From Candidatus Uhrbacteria bacterium (GTDB taxonomy: Bacteria; Patescibacteriota; Patescibacteriia; UBA9934; UBA10169), in NCBI GenBank assembly GCA_016187485.1, contig JACPJO010000004.1, positions 121,349 through 185,348 of the forward strand: a stretch of DNA of 64,000 nt, in the 5' to 3' direction. This document shows, piece after piece, positions 49,119 to 57,474 of this stretch. A program made the translations under genes and the position numbers. Numbering within the stretch: the stretch's first letter is position 1; each line of letters opens with the position of its first letter. The notes below the pieces were generated by a model. The model ran no database searches. It had not been told where the DNA came from and worked only from the letters and a program-made list of their open reading frames with translations.

Positions 49119-49140
49119 TAGTGATCCGGCTGGATCACTA
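49119..49140. repeat. Second copy of the palindrome, 11 bp upstream of the PaaX-like ATG
   Basis: TAGTGATCCGGCTGGATCACTA, 21/22 identical to the core of 48553-48584. Confidence 0.92.
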
Positions 49141-49236
49141 GAGATCCAAAAATTTTCGAGCGCCGCCAGATCTCTGACATCTTTATCGTAATGGTGGGTG
49201 GGGACACCAACAGAGCGGGCGCTTTTGACAGCCTCT

Positions 49237-49851
49237 TCAGATTCCTGCACTTTCGAGAGACTTTTTTATTTCCTCAAATATCAACAAGTGGCCTTTAGCA
49301 TTGGGATGCAGGCCATCATCCGTTAGATCGCGCAGATCGCTCCGCGCTTCTAGCACAGAAAATATTTCGATAAACGGCACGTGCTCCGCCTGACAAACCT
49401 CTTTGGCAATACGTTCGTACATTTTTATGCGCTCATTGAGAAAGAAGATATAACCCTTCCACGGATTACAAACATCCTCCACAACAGGGCTATCGCCAAC
49501 CCATAAAACATGCCCCGTAAGTTCTTTCGCTAGGGTAAGGATTCTCAAGACATTCTCACGGTACTCATCCTCTGGAACCTTTGAGACATCGTCCTCTACC
49601 CGTGCGTCATTTCCCCCAAGACTAATGAACATCGTCCACTCTTTCTTTGGTTTTCCGCGGAGACGCACACGTGTTTCTGACTCCATCCGTCCGAGAACAT
49701 CACGCGTTGTATCTCCCGAAATAGCAAGGTTGTGAAAATGGCAACGCTTCTCTTTTGTATCGAGCCACTGGCGCAAACGTCCAGCCCAGCCGCCGTGCTC
49801 ATAATCAGTCTGCCCAAAAGCCGTGCTCATGCCAAATAAAAGATAGCGCAT
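49237..49851 (-). CDS. SGNH/GDSL hydrolase
   Basis: FGMST (block I), NLAISGDT, LGGND, DGLHPN. Confidence 0.9.
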   Translation of the reverse strand: MRYLLFGMSTAFGQTDYEHGGWAGRLRQWLDTKEKRCHFHNLAISGDTTRDVLGRMESETRVRLRGKPKKEWTMFISLGGNDARVEDDVSKVPEDEYRENVLRILTLAKELTGHVLWVGDSPVVEDVCNPWKGYIFFLNERIKMYERIAKEVCQAEHVPFIEIFSVLEARSDLRDLTDDGLHPNAKGHLLIFEEIKKSLESAGI

Positions 49852-49855
49852 ACCG

Positions 49856-50437
49856 TCACCCAAGAATCAATTTCTTCAATTCGGCCATTTTGTTCGCATC
49901 CAATTTGGCCTCCAAGAGTTTTACTCGTAACTCCTTCTCTTCAAAGTTTGGGTCCACAGCTCTCTGTACAAACTCATCGAAGGTCACAAAATCGAGATCG
50001 ATCTTTTCTCCACCGTCGAGATCTTGTTCTGTAACCTTGCGACACCCCCGAGCAATGAAAATATAAACCGCCCACTCGATTTTGCTTACAGGTTGGTGTG
50101 CATCAAGCAGAATCCAATCGGCTGCTTCATATCCAGATTCTTCAAGCAGCTCACGCTTGGCGGCTTCTATCGGACTTTCCCCTTCATCAACTCTTCCGCC
50201 AAAAGTGCCGACAAACACATCTTGACCAGGCTGCTGTTGCCGGCAGAGGATAATCTTGCCATCTTCCGTCACAGGGACGACAAGCACGGTATCTGGTCTA
50301 CGAAGCTTTTCAAACATCGTCCGAGAGCCATCAAACAACTCCTGTTCCCATTGATAAACATCAAAAATGACGCCCTTGAAAACCCTGGTGGCATTTTCAG
50401 GAATCGGTTGCTTCGATTGCGGTTTTGCGATATGCAT
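49856..50437 (-). CDS. NUDIX hydrolase (ADP-ribose pyrophosphatase-like)
   Basis: GGRVDEGESPIEAAKRELLEESGY. Confidence 0.92.
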   Translation of the reverse strand: MHIAKPQSKQPIPENATRVFKGVIFDVYQWEQELFDGSRTMFEKLRRPDTVLVVPVTEDGKIILCRQQQPGQDVFVGTFGGRVDEGESPIEAAKRELLEESGYEAADWILLDAHQPVSKIEWAVYIFIARGCRKVTEQDLDGGEKIDLDFVTFDEFVQRAVDPNFEEKELRVKLLEAKLDANKMAELKKLILG

Positions 50438-50500
50438 AGGTACCCAACGTCATTCCCGCGTAGAGTATCACACTCCCAGTAAACGCCTAAAACACAAAAA

Positions 50501-50743
50501 GGGGTCAGGTCTTGAATTTTGAATTTTAAAAAGTCGACGTTATCTGGATATACAAAAAGCCACCAGCAATGCTGGCGGCCTTTTTGGTGACCCCACCGGG
50601 AATCGAACCCGGATTACAGGCTTGAAAAGCCCGTGTCCTAACCATTAGACGATGGGGCCGTTAATATGGCGCGAAGAATCTATCATATTAGTATGGGCAA
50701 ATCAAGACAAAATCAGCAAATTCAAAATTCAAGACCTGACCCC
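50501..50743. repeat. Perfect 26-bp inverted repeats enclosing tRNA-Glu
   Basis: GGGGTCAGGTCTTGAATTTTGAATTT (50501-50526) and its exact reverse complement (50718-50743). Confidence 0.92.
50585..50659 (-). tRNA. tRNA-Glu(UUC)
   Basis: GGCCCCATCGTCTAATGGTTAGGAC, anticodon TTC, GGTTCGATTCC, CCA; hairpin downstream. Confidence 0.96.
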
Positions 50744-50817
50744 AATTCGATTCCATTTAAATAAGTACTCATCGGGTGTATATACATCATGGGTAAATTA
50801 AGCCCTCCAGCAACGGT

Positions 50818-51453
50818 ATGCAAACAACTCCGTTTCCTCCTCCCCTTATCATGGCACACCGTGGCGGACGATTTTGGACCGCCAGTAACTTTTCTTATAT
50901 CGACGAGGCGCGTGAGAGCGGCGCCGATATTGTGGAACTCGATGTTCGCGCGCGCGGCACGGAGCTCATTGTGCAGCATGACATGCGTTCGTCCTATCAA
51001 GGCGTCCTTCGTGATGCGCTTGCGCGATGCGAGGGAGCAGATGTCTTTCTCGATGTAAAGGATCGCGGAGTCGATATCTGGAGGCTACTCGACCTCGTGA
51101 AGTTATCGAATGTACATTCTTTTATCGTCGGTTCTTTTTATGCGTCGGTACTCCGCCCACTCGTCGGAGGAGGCACAACGCTCGCGTTCTCTCATATCGG
51201 AATCCCCGCGCCCATCCCCCCCGCAGTAGCTTCAGGCGCCACATGGCTATCTGTCCCGTGCTGGCGATTCACTCCTGGGTTAGTGCAAAAGTGTCGGGAA
51301 CAAAACATCAAACTGTCTCCCTGGGGAAATTTTCAAAAAAATGCCTCTGAGAGAAGCCAACTTCGATGTGCCATGCTCGGCGCACACTCTATCGCCACAT
51401 ACGACGTCAGGCACCTGCGCGAAATAATGAAACAACAAGGGATTCTCTCGTAG
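50818..51453 (+). CDS. Glycerophosphodiester phosphodiesterase family protein
   Basis: MAHRGG, GADIVELDVR, VQHD, FLDVK, GSF. Confidence 0.85.
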   Translation: MQTTPFPPPLIMAHRGGRFWTASNFSYIDEARESGADIVELDVRARGTELIVQHDMRSSYQGVLRDALARCEGADVFLDVKDRGVDIWRLLDLVKLSNVHSFIVGSFYASVLRPLVGGGTTLAFSHIGIPAPIPPAVASGATWLSVPCWRFTPGLVQKCREQNIKLSPWGNFQKNASERSQLRCAMLGAHSIATYDVRHLREIMKQQGILS

Positions 51454-51503
51454 GCGCTCCTTAGGGCGCTTTCCGTTTTGTGTTATGCTGTGGCCAACCA
51501 TTT

Positions 51504-52262
51504 ATGAAATCCAAAAAACGCACACCCGTCATCCTCCCCGCCCTCTCTTTTCTTTTCGCTCTCGCGGCCCTCGCCATCGCCCTTTACGGTCTGTGGCGCC
51601 CCACAACGCAGGAACCAGTGGCTCAAGTTATCCAAACAGAAACACCGGAGCCGACCGCCAAGCCCGCGAACATATCCCGCAAGCCGGAAGACCTTCCGGA
51701 GGGAATCTATTACGAAGGTGCATATGAGGAATGGGGACGCGCCACCGATGTCACATCGCGTTTTGCCACAATGGAAGAACTCGGATTTACGTTCACCGCG
51801 CCGGCATCGTGGGGCGAGGCCGTTTTCACTTTTCAGCCGGGACGCATCTTTGCTGGCGGTGGCACCTACAGCGGGAACTTTCTCAGTACCAGCGTGCAAT
51901 TCTCCGCGCTCGTTCCACGCTATGTGGAAGGTCGGGAAGGGTATATAGGAGATGCTCTCGGATACGAAAAGCGAGAAGACGGGTACGTCCTCAAATGGAT
52001 TCCAAGCGCAGACAAACTATTCCCGGTGATCCCCGTTCCCGCCGATCAGGTCGTGGATGAAATCAAAACGAAAAATGGGTCCGCCCTCGTCATTCGTGGA
52101 AAAGCCACCGAGGATATGTCCTTCTTTCCCACCGACCCACGCGAGCGCGTCGCAATCTTCAATATTTCAAATGGGGCAACACCGGCGGGAGTCTTTTTCG
52201 CAGCCCCTGATGTTCCGGCCATCGAATTTCGCGCGTTCCTCGAGAGCCTTGAAACAAAATAA
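51504..52262 (+). CDS. Hypothetical membrane-anchored protein
   Basis: Basic N-terminus, one TM helix, Pro/Thr linker. Confidence 0.75.
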   Translation: MKSKKRTPVILPALSFLFALAALAIALYGLWRPTTQEPVAQVIQTETPEPTAKPANISRKPEDLPEGIYYEGAYEEWGRATDVTSRFATMEELGFTFTAPASWGEAVFTFQPGRIFAGGGTYSGNFLSTSVQFSALVPRYVEGREGYIGDALGYEKREDGYVLKWIPSADKLFPVIPVPADQVVDEIKTKNGSALVIRGKATEDMSFFPTDPRERVAIFNISNGATPAGVFFAAPDVPAIEFRAFLESLETK

Positions 52263-52280
52263 CTGCTATACTAGGTGGGT

Positions 52281-52715
52281 ATGCCGCGAGCAAAATCTCT
52301 CTCCCCTCTTTCCCTGGTCGCCGAAGACGTGCCCTATTTTGACGTGAAGGCTGCAACGGACCAGCCGGCGTGGAGCGTAGACGAAGAAGGAGAGCTGGCC
52401 CTCGATGTCATGGAAACACCAAACGACGTAGTCGTGCGCTCTGCCATTGCCGGCGTGCATCCCAAAGACCTCGCCATCCACGTCACCGAGGACACCCTCA
52501 CAATCCGTGGCACGCGCGAATATCACGAGGAACACCACATCATCACCACTCACGTACAGGAATGCCACTGGGGGGCTTTCTCTCGCACCGTCGTCTTGCC
52601 GCACACCGTACGCGCCGACGATGCCATTGCCACCATTAAAGGCGGTGTGCTTACCATCATTCTGCCAAAAAGCCGTCACGACGGCCGGGTTCCTATTCAC
52701 CCTCTTGAGCCATGA
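52281..52715 (+). CDS. Hsp20/alpha-crystallin family protein
   Basis: LALDVMET, AGV..DL.I, LTIRG, ECHWGAFSRTVVLP, GVLTIILPK. Confidence 0.93.
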   Translation: MPRAKSLSPLSLVAEDVPYFDVKAATDQPAWSVDEEGELALDVMETPNDVVVRSAIAGVHPKDLAIHVTEDTLTIRGTREYHEEHHIITTHVQECHWGAFSRTVVLPHTVRADDAIATIKGGVLTIILPKSRHDGRVPIHPLEP

Positions 52716-54598
52716 TCCCCCCTCTCCCCCTACCACAGGAACCATCCAAACATCTGCGCGCACTTTTCCTTGCGGCGCTTTTTGTATTGATTTTCTTGGG
52801 AGTCTCTTCCGCCCTCGCCTCCACCTACCGCGGTCGCGTGTACCCTGGCGTACGCATAGGATCGCTTGCCGTCGGAGGAATGACCCCTGCGGAAGTTCGC
52901 TCTGCCCTCACGGAACGCGTTGAGCGTATCGTTGCTCAGGGTATTGAGGTGCAGGTCAAAGAAACACGTTCTCATCTCTCGCTTGAAAACATTTCTCAAC
53001 AAGACCCGGATCTTTCCCGCACGCTTGTTTCTGCCAACGTTGACGCCGTCATGGAGATGGCCCTGCAGAAGGGTCGCGGCCACAATAGTTTTATGAACAT
53101 CCTGTTGGCTTTGGTGCCGCTTGTTGAACGTCCACGCATCGTCGTACCCGTAGCGCTCGATGCAGAAGAGCTGTCCGCCCGCCTTGCGGAATCTTTCCCT
53201 GCTTTTCACGAACCTGCTGCTCCCACGCGCTTTGCCATCAACAAAGAAGGAACGGCATGGAACATCCAGATTGTACCAGGAGAAGATCGACAGCAGCTTT
53301 CCGCCAAAGTGATTTTGGACCGTTTGATGCTGGCCGTCTCCACGCTCGATGCCGCATGGCTAGCAACACCCGTCGAAGTCCCCCTCGTCACAGTGAAACC
53401 ACGCGTGTCTCCCGATGAGGCGCGCCTTCTTATTCCCGAGGCCGATGCCACTCTTGCCCGGGCACCCTATCATCTCCGTTACACAAGTCCCGATAGGGAA
53501 GAATTCGCTTGGGAGCTCTCTGCGGAGCGGCTTGCTTCCATGCTTCTCCCCACCCCTTCGGGAGTAGATTTGGAAGAAGGAGCACTCGAAGATTTCCTCG
53601 ACACGATGGCGCGTGAGGTAAACATTACCGCCGAAGATGCGCGAATGGAGTTTGACGGCGTGCGTGTAAAAGAGTTCCGTCCATCGCGCGAGGGCCGCGA
53701 ACTCGACCGAGATGAAACCCGCGGCATCGTCCGTCGTCTTGTAGGGTACGCGCGTGACGGATCCGCATTCGTGGTCGTGCGTATGACACAACCCACAACC
53801 GACGTGGAGGACGTAAATACTTTGGGGATCAAAGAGGTCCTCGGCACGGGAATCTCCTCCTATGCGGGTAGCCCCGGTAATCGCATAAAAAATATCGCAA
53901 ACGGCGCCCGACTCCTAAACGGCATCCTTATTGCACCGGGCGAAACATTCTCCCTGCTCTCTGCCTTACGCCCCTTTAACACAGAAAACGGGTATCTGCC
54001 GGAACTCGTTATCAAGGGCGACCGCATCATTCCAGAAATCGGCGGCGGGCTTTGCCAAATTGGCACGACCACCTTCCGCGCCGTCATGAATTCTGGTCTC
54101 CCTATTGTGGCACGACAGAATCACTCTCTTGTCGTCACGTACTACAACGACCCCGCCAATGGCAACCCGGGCACAGACGCGACCATCTACGATCCGTGGC
54201 CTGATTTTAAATTTTTAAACGATACGGGAAATTACCTTTTGTTCGTCACCGAGAACGATGTGACAAAAAAAGAACTACGCTTCTCTTTTTGGGGAACGCG
54301 GGACGGCCGAAAAGGTTCTTATTCCCCCCCCATCGTGGAAAAATGGATCCCCGCAGGAGCTACACGAGAAATCAAAACCACCGACCTCGCTCCCGGCGTT
54401 CGTCAATGTCAGAGTGCGCACCCAGGCGCCGTGGCCTCCTTCGTCTATACAGTGGAAAAGCCCGACGGGACAAAAGAAGACCGCACCTTCACCTCTTCAT
54501 ATCGTCCGTTGCCAACCATTTGTTTGGTCGGTGTGGAAAAAACCGACATACCTCCCCTTTCCCCCTACATCACTCCAGAAGTCATCCCCACAGAATGA
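52712..54598 (+). CDS. VanW family protein with putative peptidoglycan-binding domains
   Basis: RIKNI..LNG.LIAPGETFS, GGGLCQIGTT, RQNHS, GTDATIY..DFKF.NDT. Confidence 0.9.
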   Translation: MIPPLPLPQEPSKHLRALFLAALFVLIFLGVSSALASTYRGRVYPGVRIGSLAVGGMTPAEVRSALTERVERIVAQGIEVQVKETRSHLSLENISQQDPDLSRTLVSANVDAVMEMALQKGRGHNSFMNILLALVPLVERPRIVVPVALDAEELSARLAESFPAFHEPAAPTRFAINKEGTAWNIQIVPGEDRQQLSAKVILDRLMLAVSTLDAAWLATPVEVPLVTVKPRVSPDEARLLIPEADATLARAPYHLRYTSPDREEFAWELSAERLASMLLPTPSGVDLEEGALEDFLDTMAREVNITAEDARMEFDGVRVKEFRPSREGRELDRDETRGIVRRLVGYARDGSAFVVVRMTQPTTDVEDVNTLGIKEVLGTGISSYAGSPGNRIKNIANGARLLNGILIAPGETFSLLSALRPFNTENGYLPELVIKGDRIIPEIGGGLCQIGTTTFRAVMNSGLPIVARQNHSLVVTYYNDPANGNPGTDATIYDPWPDFKFLNDTGNYLLFVTENDVTKKELRFSFWGTRDGRKGSYSPPIVEKWIPAGATREIKTTDLAPGVRQCQSAHPGAVASFVYTVEKPDGTKEDRTFTSSYRPLPTICLVGVEKTDIPPLSPYITPEVIPTE

Positions 54599-54602
54599 GT
54601 TA

Positions 54603-54876
54603 TCCCCTTCCCACCAAAAAAGGAACCGCGTAGGATGCAAGTGGACTTGCGGCGCGATTGGCCTCGGTCAAACGCGCACGAAAGTTTTTCAAACAAAAAC
54701 AAAAAACCGTTTCTCGCGGGAAGCTGCAGGCAAGAAGATTCATCATGTGGAAGAATCGAGCCGAGGCCTGATTTTTCCATAGATCAATCCCCATGCTTGT
54801 CGTGCCTGCAGTTTCCCAAGAGAAACAGCAAAGGAGGAGCGAAATCGCTCCTCCCTTTGTTTTTGTTTGAATGAAC
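54603..54876 (-). ncRNA. Candidate structured non-coding RNA, family unassigned
   Basis: Own promoter, 16-bp closing stem, long internal helices and an 8-bp loop-loop complementarity. Confidence 0.6.
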
Positions 54877-54881
54877 AAGGC

Positions 54882-54910
54882 ATGCTAACACGCCCGGCAC
54901 TCTGTGTCAA
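54882..54910 (-). promoter_or_regulatory. Sigma70 promoter facing the structured region
   Basis: TTGACA-17-TAGCAT with TG at the extended -10 position. Confidence 0.7.
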
Positions 54911-54916
54911 TAGCCC

Positions 54917-55510
54917 CTACTTCGCACGAATGACTTTATCAATAATGCCGTAGCGAAGAGCTTCGGCGGGGTCCATAAAGTTGTCGCGGTCTGTATCCTT
55001 ATCGACCTGCGTTTTGGACTGCCCCGTGTGCTTGGCAAGAATCATGGAAAGATTGTCCTTCACCTTCAAAATGCGCTCCGCATGAATCTTAATGTCTGTC
55101 GCCTGCCCTTGCATACCACCGAGCACTTGGTGAATCATAATCTCGGCGTTTGGAAGAGCGAAGCGTTTGCCCGCGGCACCTGCCGAAAGAAGTACCGCGC
55201 CCATCGAAGCGGCGAGTCCCACGCAGATCGTCGAGACATCCGGCTTCACGTATTGCATCGCGTCATAAATTGCGAGGCCAGATGTCACAGAACCCCCCGG
55301 AGAATTGATATAGATCTTGATGTCCTTTTCTTTATCCTGACTTTCCAGGAATAACAGCTGTGCGATCACCGTATTCGCGACATCATCATCAATCGCCGTT
55401 CCAAGAAAGATGATACGGTCAATGAGGAGGCGCGAATAAATATCGTACGCGCGTTCCCCAAGATGCGTTTTTTCAATGACGGTAGGAATGAGAAATTGGT
55501 TGGTTGGCAT
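54917..55510 (-). CDS. clpP: ATP-dependent Clp protease proteolytic subunit
   Basis: [33 protein letters not shown]. Confidence 0.98.
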   Translation of the reverse strand: MPTNQFLIPTVIEKTHLGERAYDIYSRLLIDRIIFLGTAIDDDVANTVIAQLLFLESQDKEKDIKIYINSPGGSVTSGLAIYDAMQYVKPDVSTICVGLAASMGAVLLSAGAAGKRFALPNAEIMIHQVLGGMQGQATDIKIHAERILKVKDNLSMILAKHTGQSKTQVDKDTDRDNFMDPAEALRYGIIDKVIRAK

Positions 55511-55554
55511 AGTGGGGGAAGTATAGCAAACGTTCGGGTGTGACGGGTAGCGAT

Positions 55555-56550
55555 TTAGAAATACGAAATGAGGGGGACGTGATTACCGGCGGCATCCACA
55601 AGAAACATATCTTCGCCCTCTTGTGCCACCGAAGCCCCCGCAACACTGAAGCCGGCAGCCTTTATATGCCCGCCTCCGCCGTGACGACTGGCGATCTCCG
55701 CCACATTGCGGGTCGTGCCACGCAGACTCGCTTTTACGCTCCCGTCTTGCTTTTCCACGAGTACGCAAATCATGGGCGCCCCGTGAACAAGGCTCGTCAA
55801 AAAATTAGCGAGAGACGACGTATCCAAGTCGAGATCCTCATCTTTGGGAACGTCCTCGCGCTTGAGGTACGTCACCACCGTGCCGTCGGGAAGTTTCTGC
55901 AAACGCTCCATACACGTCCCCCACACACGAAGAAGCGAGACGGGTTTATTAGCGTACATGGCGCGCACGACGTCGTGTACACGCGCACCTAGCCGTCCAA
56001 GTTCCGCTGCCGCCTCCAGACACACGACGTTCGTCGCATCGTTGCTGAAAAAAGTGGTGTCCGTGCAAATTGCCGTGAGCAAACACGTCGCGGATTCGTG
56101 TGAGAGAGCAACACGGTTCTTTTTGAGAAACTGCCATACAACCTCCCCCGTAGAGGAAGCCTCGGGTATGAGTAAATTGAGATCGCCGTAGCGCGGATTC
56201 GTTACGTGATGGTCGAAAGAGATAAGGAACGGGTGATGCGGGACATGGGAACGGAACTCCACAACGTGGTCCCCATCGGCACAATCAAAGGAGAGGATAA
56301 GGTCAATCGTCGAGTCGTGCAGCGCGACTGTATCAAAAGTGATTTCCCGGATACCTGGAAGAAAATTGAAAGCTTCAGAAATCGGCATAGGAGAAATATG
56401 CGTCACCCGTTTATGAAGCCTCCGAAGAACCTGGGCCACGGCAAGCGAGGAGCCCATCGTGTCCCCATCGATGCGCACATCGTTAACGATCAAGACGTGC
56501 TTGGCCGCCTGTATACGCTCCCATGCCTGTTGTGCGCGCCGTTCGTCCAT
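55555..56550 (-). CDS. DHH/DHHA1 phosphoesterase (NrnA-like)
   Basis: DGDTMGS, DCAD, FDHH, SSTGE, TDT, GGGGH..AAG; start set at ATG 56550. Confidence 0.92.
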   Translation of the reverse strand: MDERRAQQAWERIQAAKHVLIVNDVRIDGDTMGSSLAVAQVLRRLHKRVTHISPMPISEAFNFLPGIREITFDTVALHDSTIDLILSFDCADGDHVVEFRSHVPHHPFLISFDHHVTNPRYGDLNLLIPEASSTGEVVWQFLKKNRVALSHESATCLLTAICTDTTFFSNDATNVVCLEAAAELGRLGARVHDVVRAMYANKPVSLLRVWGTCMERLQKLPDGTVVTYLKREDVPKDEDLDLDTSSLANFLTSLVHGAPMICVLVEKQDGSVKASLRGTTRNVAEIASRHGGGGHIKAAGFSVAGASVAQEGEDMFLVDAAGNHVPLISYF

Positions 56551-56710
56551 AAGGGGGATAGGGTACGTTTTCCTGCCGTCCTCGTCAACCCTCGTTGGGC
56601 ATTTCGTGTAAGACAAGGGTTGACGAAATAAGGGAAAAATGACACGCTGGCGCGTCATGCTAGGTTCCTAGCCGCTGACCAGCCCAGCGCCTGCTGGGGG
56701 GAGGTCTTTC

Positions 56711-57388
56711 GTGGTCCACATCAACCTGACACCGGAAAGGGTCACGTTCATGAACGAAGAACTTCGTAGCCTCAAGCAAAGAATCCTCGTTCTCGCTGTC
56801 CTTGGTCTCGGTCTCGGCATCCTTCTCATCGGCTTCATCTGGAAGACGCGCGCGGACGAGGACGCCATCGTGGCAGAGCTCGGCTGGCGCACGGGACCCA
56901 TCAGCACGTTCCCGCGGGCAGCGGGCGGCGACATCGTCTCCCTTCAGTCCCAGATCATAGCCCTCGCAGACCGGACAGCGGAGCTCGAGAAGCGCCACGC
57001 CCTTACGACCGACCAAGCCGATGTCTTGAGCCACATCCCCGCGGGTAGGCTCCACCAGCTCGAAGGGATCCTCAAGAGCTACGAAGAGGATGGGGGCGAC
57101 CTGGATCGTGACGGGGGTCCCGATGCCACCACCGACGTAAGCGAGACACTCAAGGAGCGCGGCCTCGTCGCCTTCCTGGGCTATCGGCGCACGCCGCATG
57201 GTGTGCGAAGCTACTGGGTGGGAACCCTCTCCCCCACGGGAGAACCCAGACTTCACATCATCATGTGCACGCCTGTGGCGAACGGCAAGCCGCTCTCGGA
57301 GTCCCCGAAGGATGGCGCGCCTCCTGCATCCGTGCGTCCATGCTTCGTCACAGACGCGCTTCCGGACCCCGATCCCACCGGCGGCTAG
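56711..57388 (+). CDS. Hypothetical single-TM protein
   Basis: GGAGGT before GTG 56711 (alternative start ATG 56750); TM helix and short coiled coil. Confidence 0.65.
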   Translation: MVHINLTPERVTFMNEELRSLKQRILVLAVLGLGLGILLIGFIWKTRADEDAIVAELGWRTGPISTFPRAAGGDIVSLQSQIIALADRTAELEKRHALTTDQADVLSHIPAGRLHQLEGILKSYEEDGGDLDRDGGPDATTDVSETLKERGLVAFLGYRRTPHGVRSYWVGTLSPTGEPRLHIIMCTPVANGKPLSESPKDGAPPASVRPCFVTDALPDPDPTGG

Positions 57389-57474
57389 CCCGCTTCCGTC
57401 CCTTTTTCTCAGCGACTCGCAAGAGTCGCTTTCGCATTCCTACAAGCTACAAGCTTTGATACACTATCGCCGAT

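Noticed and set aside
54600-54878. 71-92-aa ORFs in the clpP-vanW gap
   Set aside because: No recognisable protein features; extensive base-pairing explains the sequence better, although a small peptide cannot be excluded.
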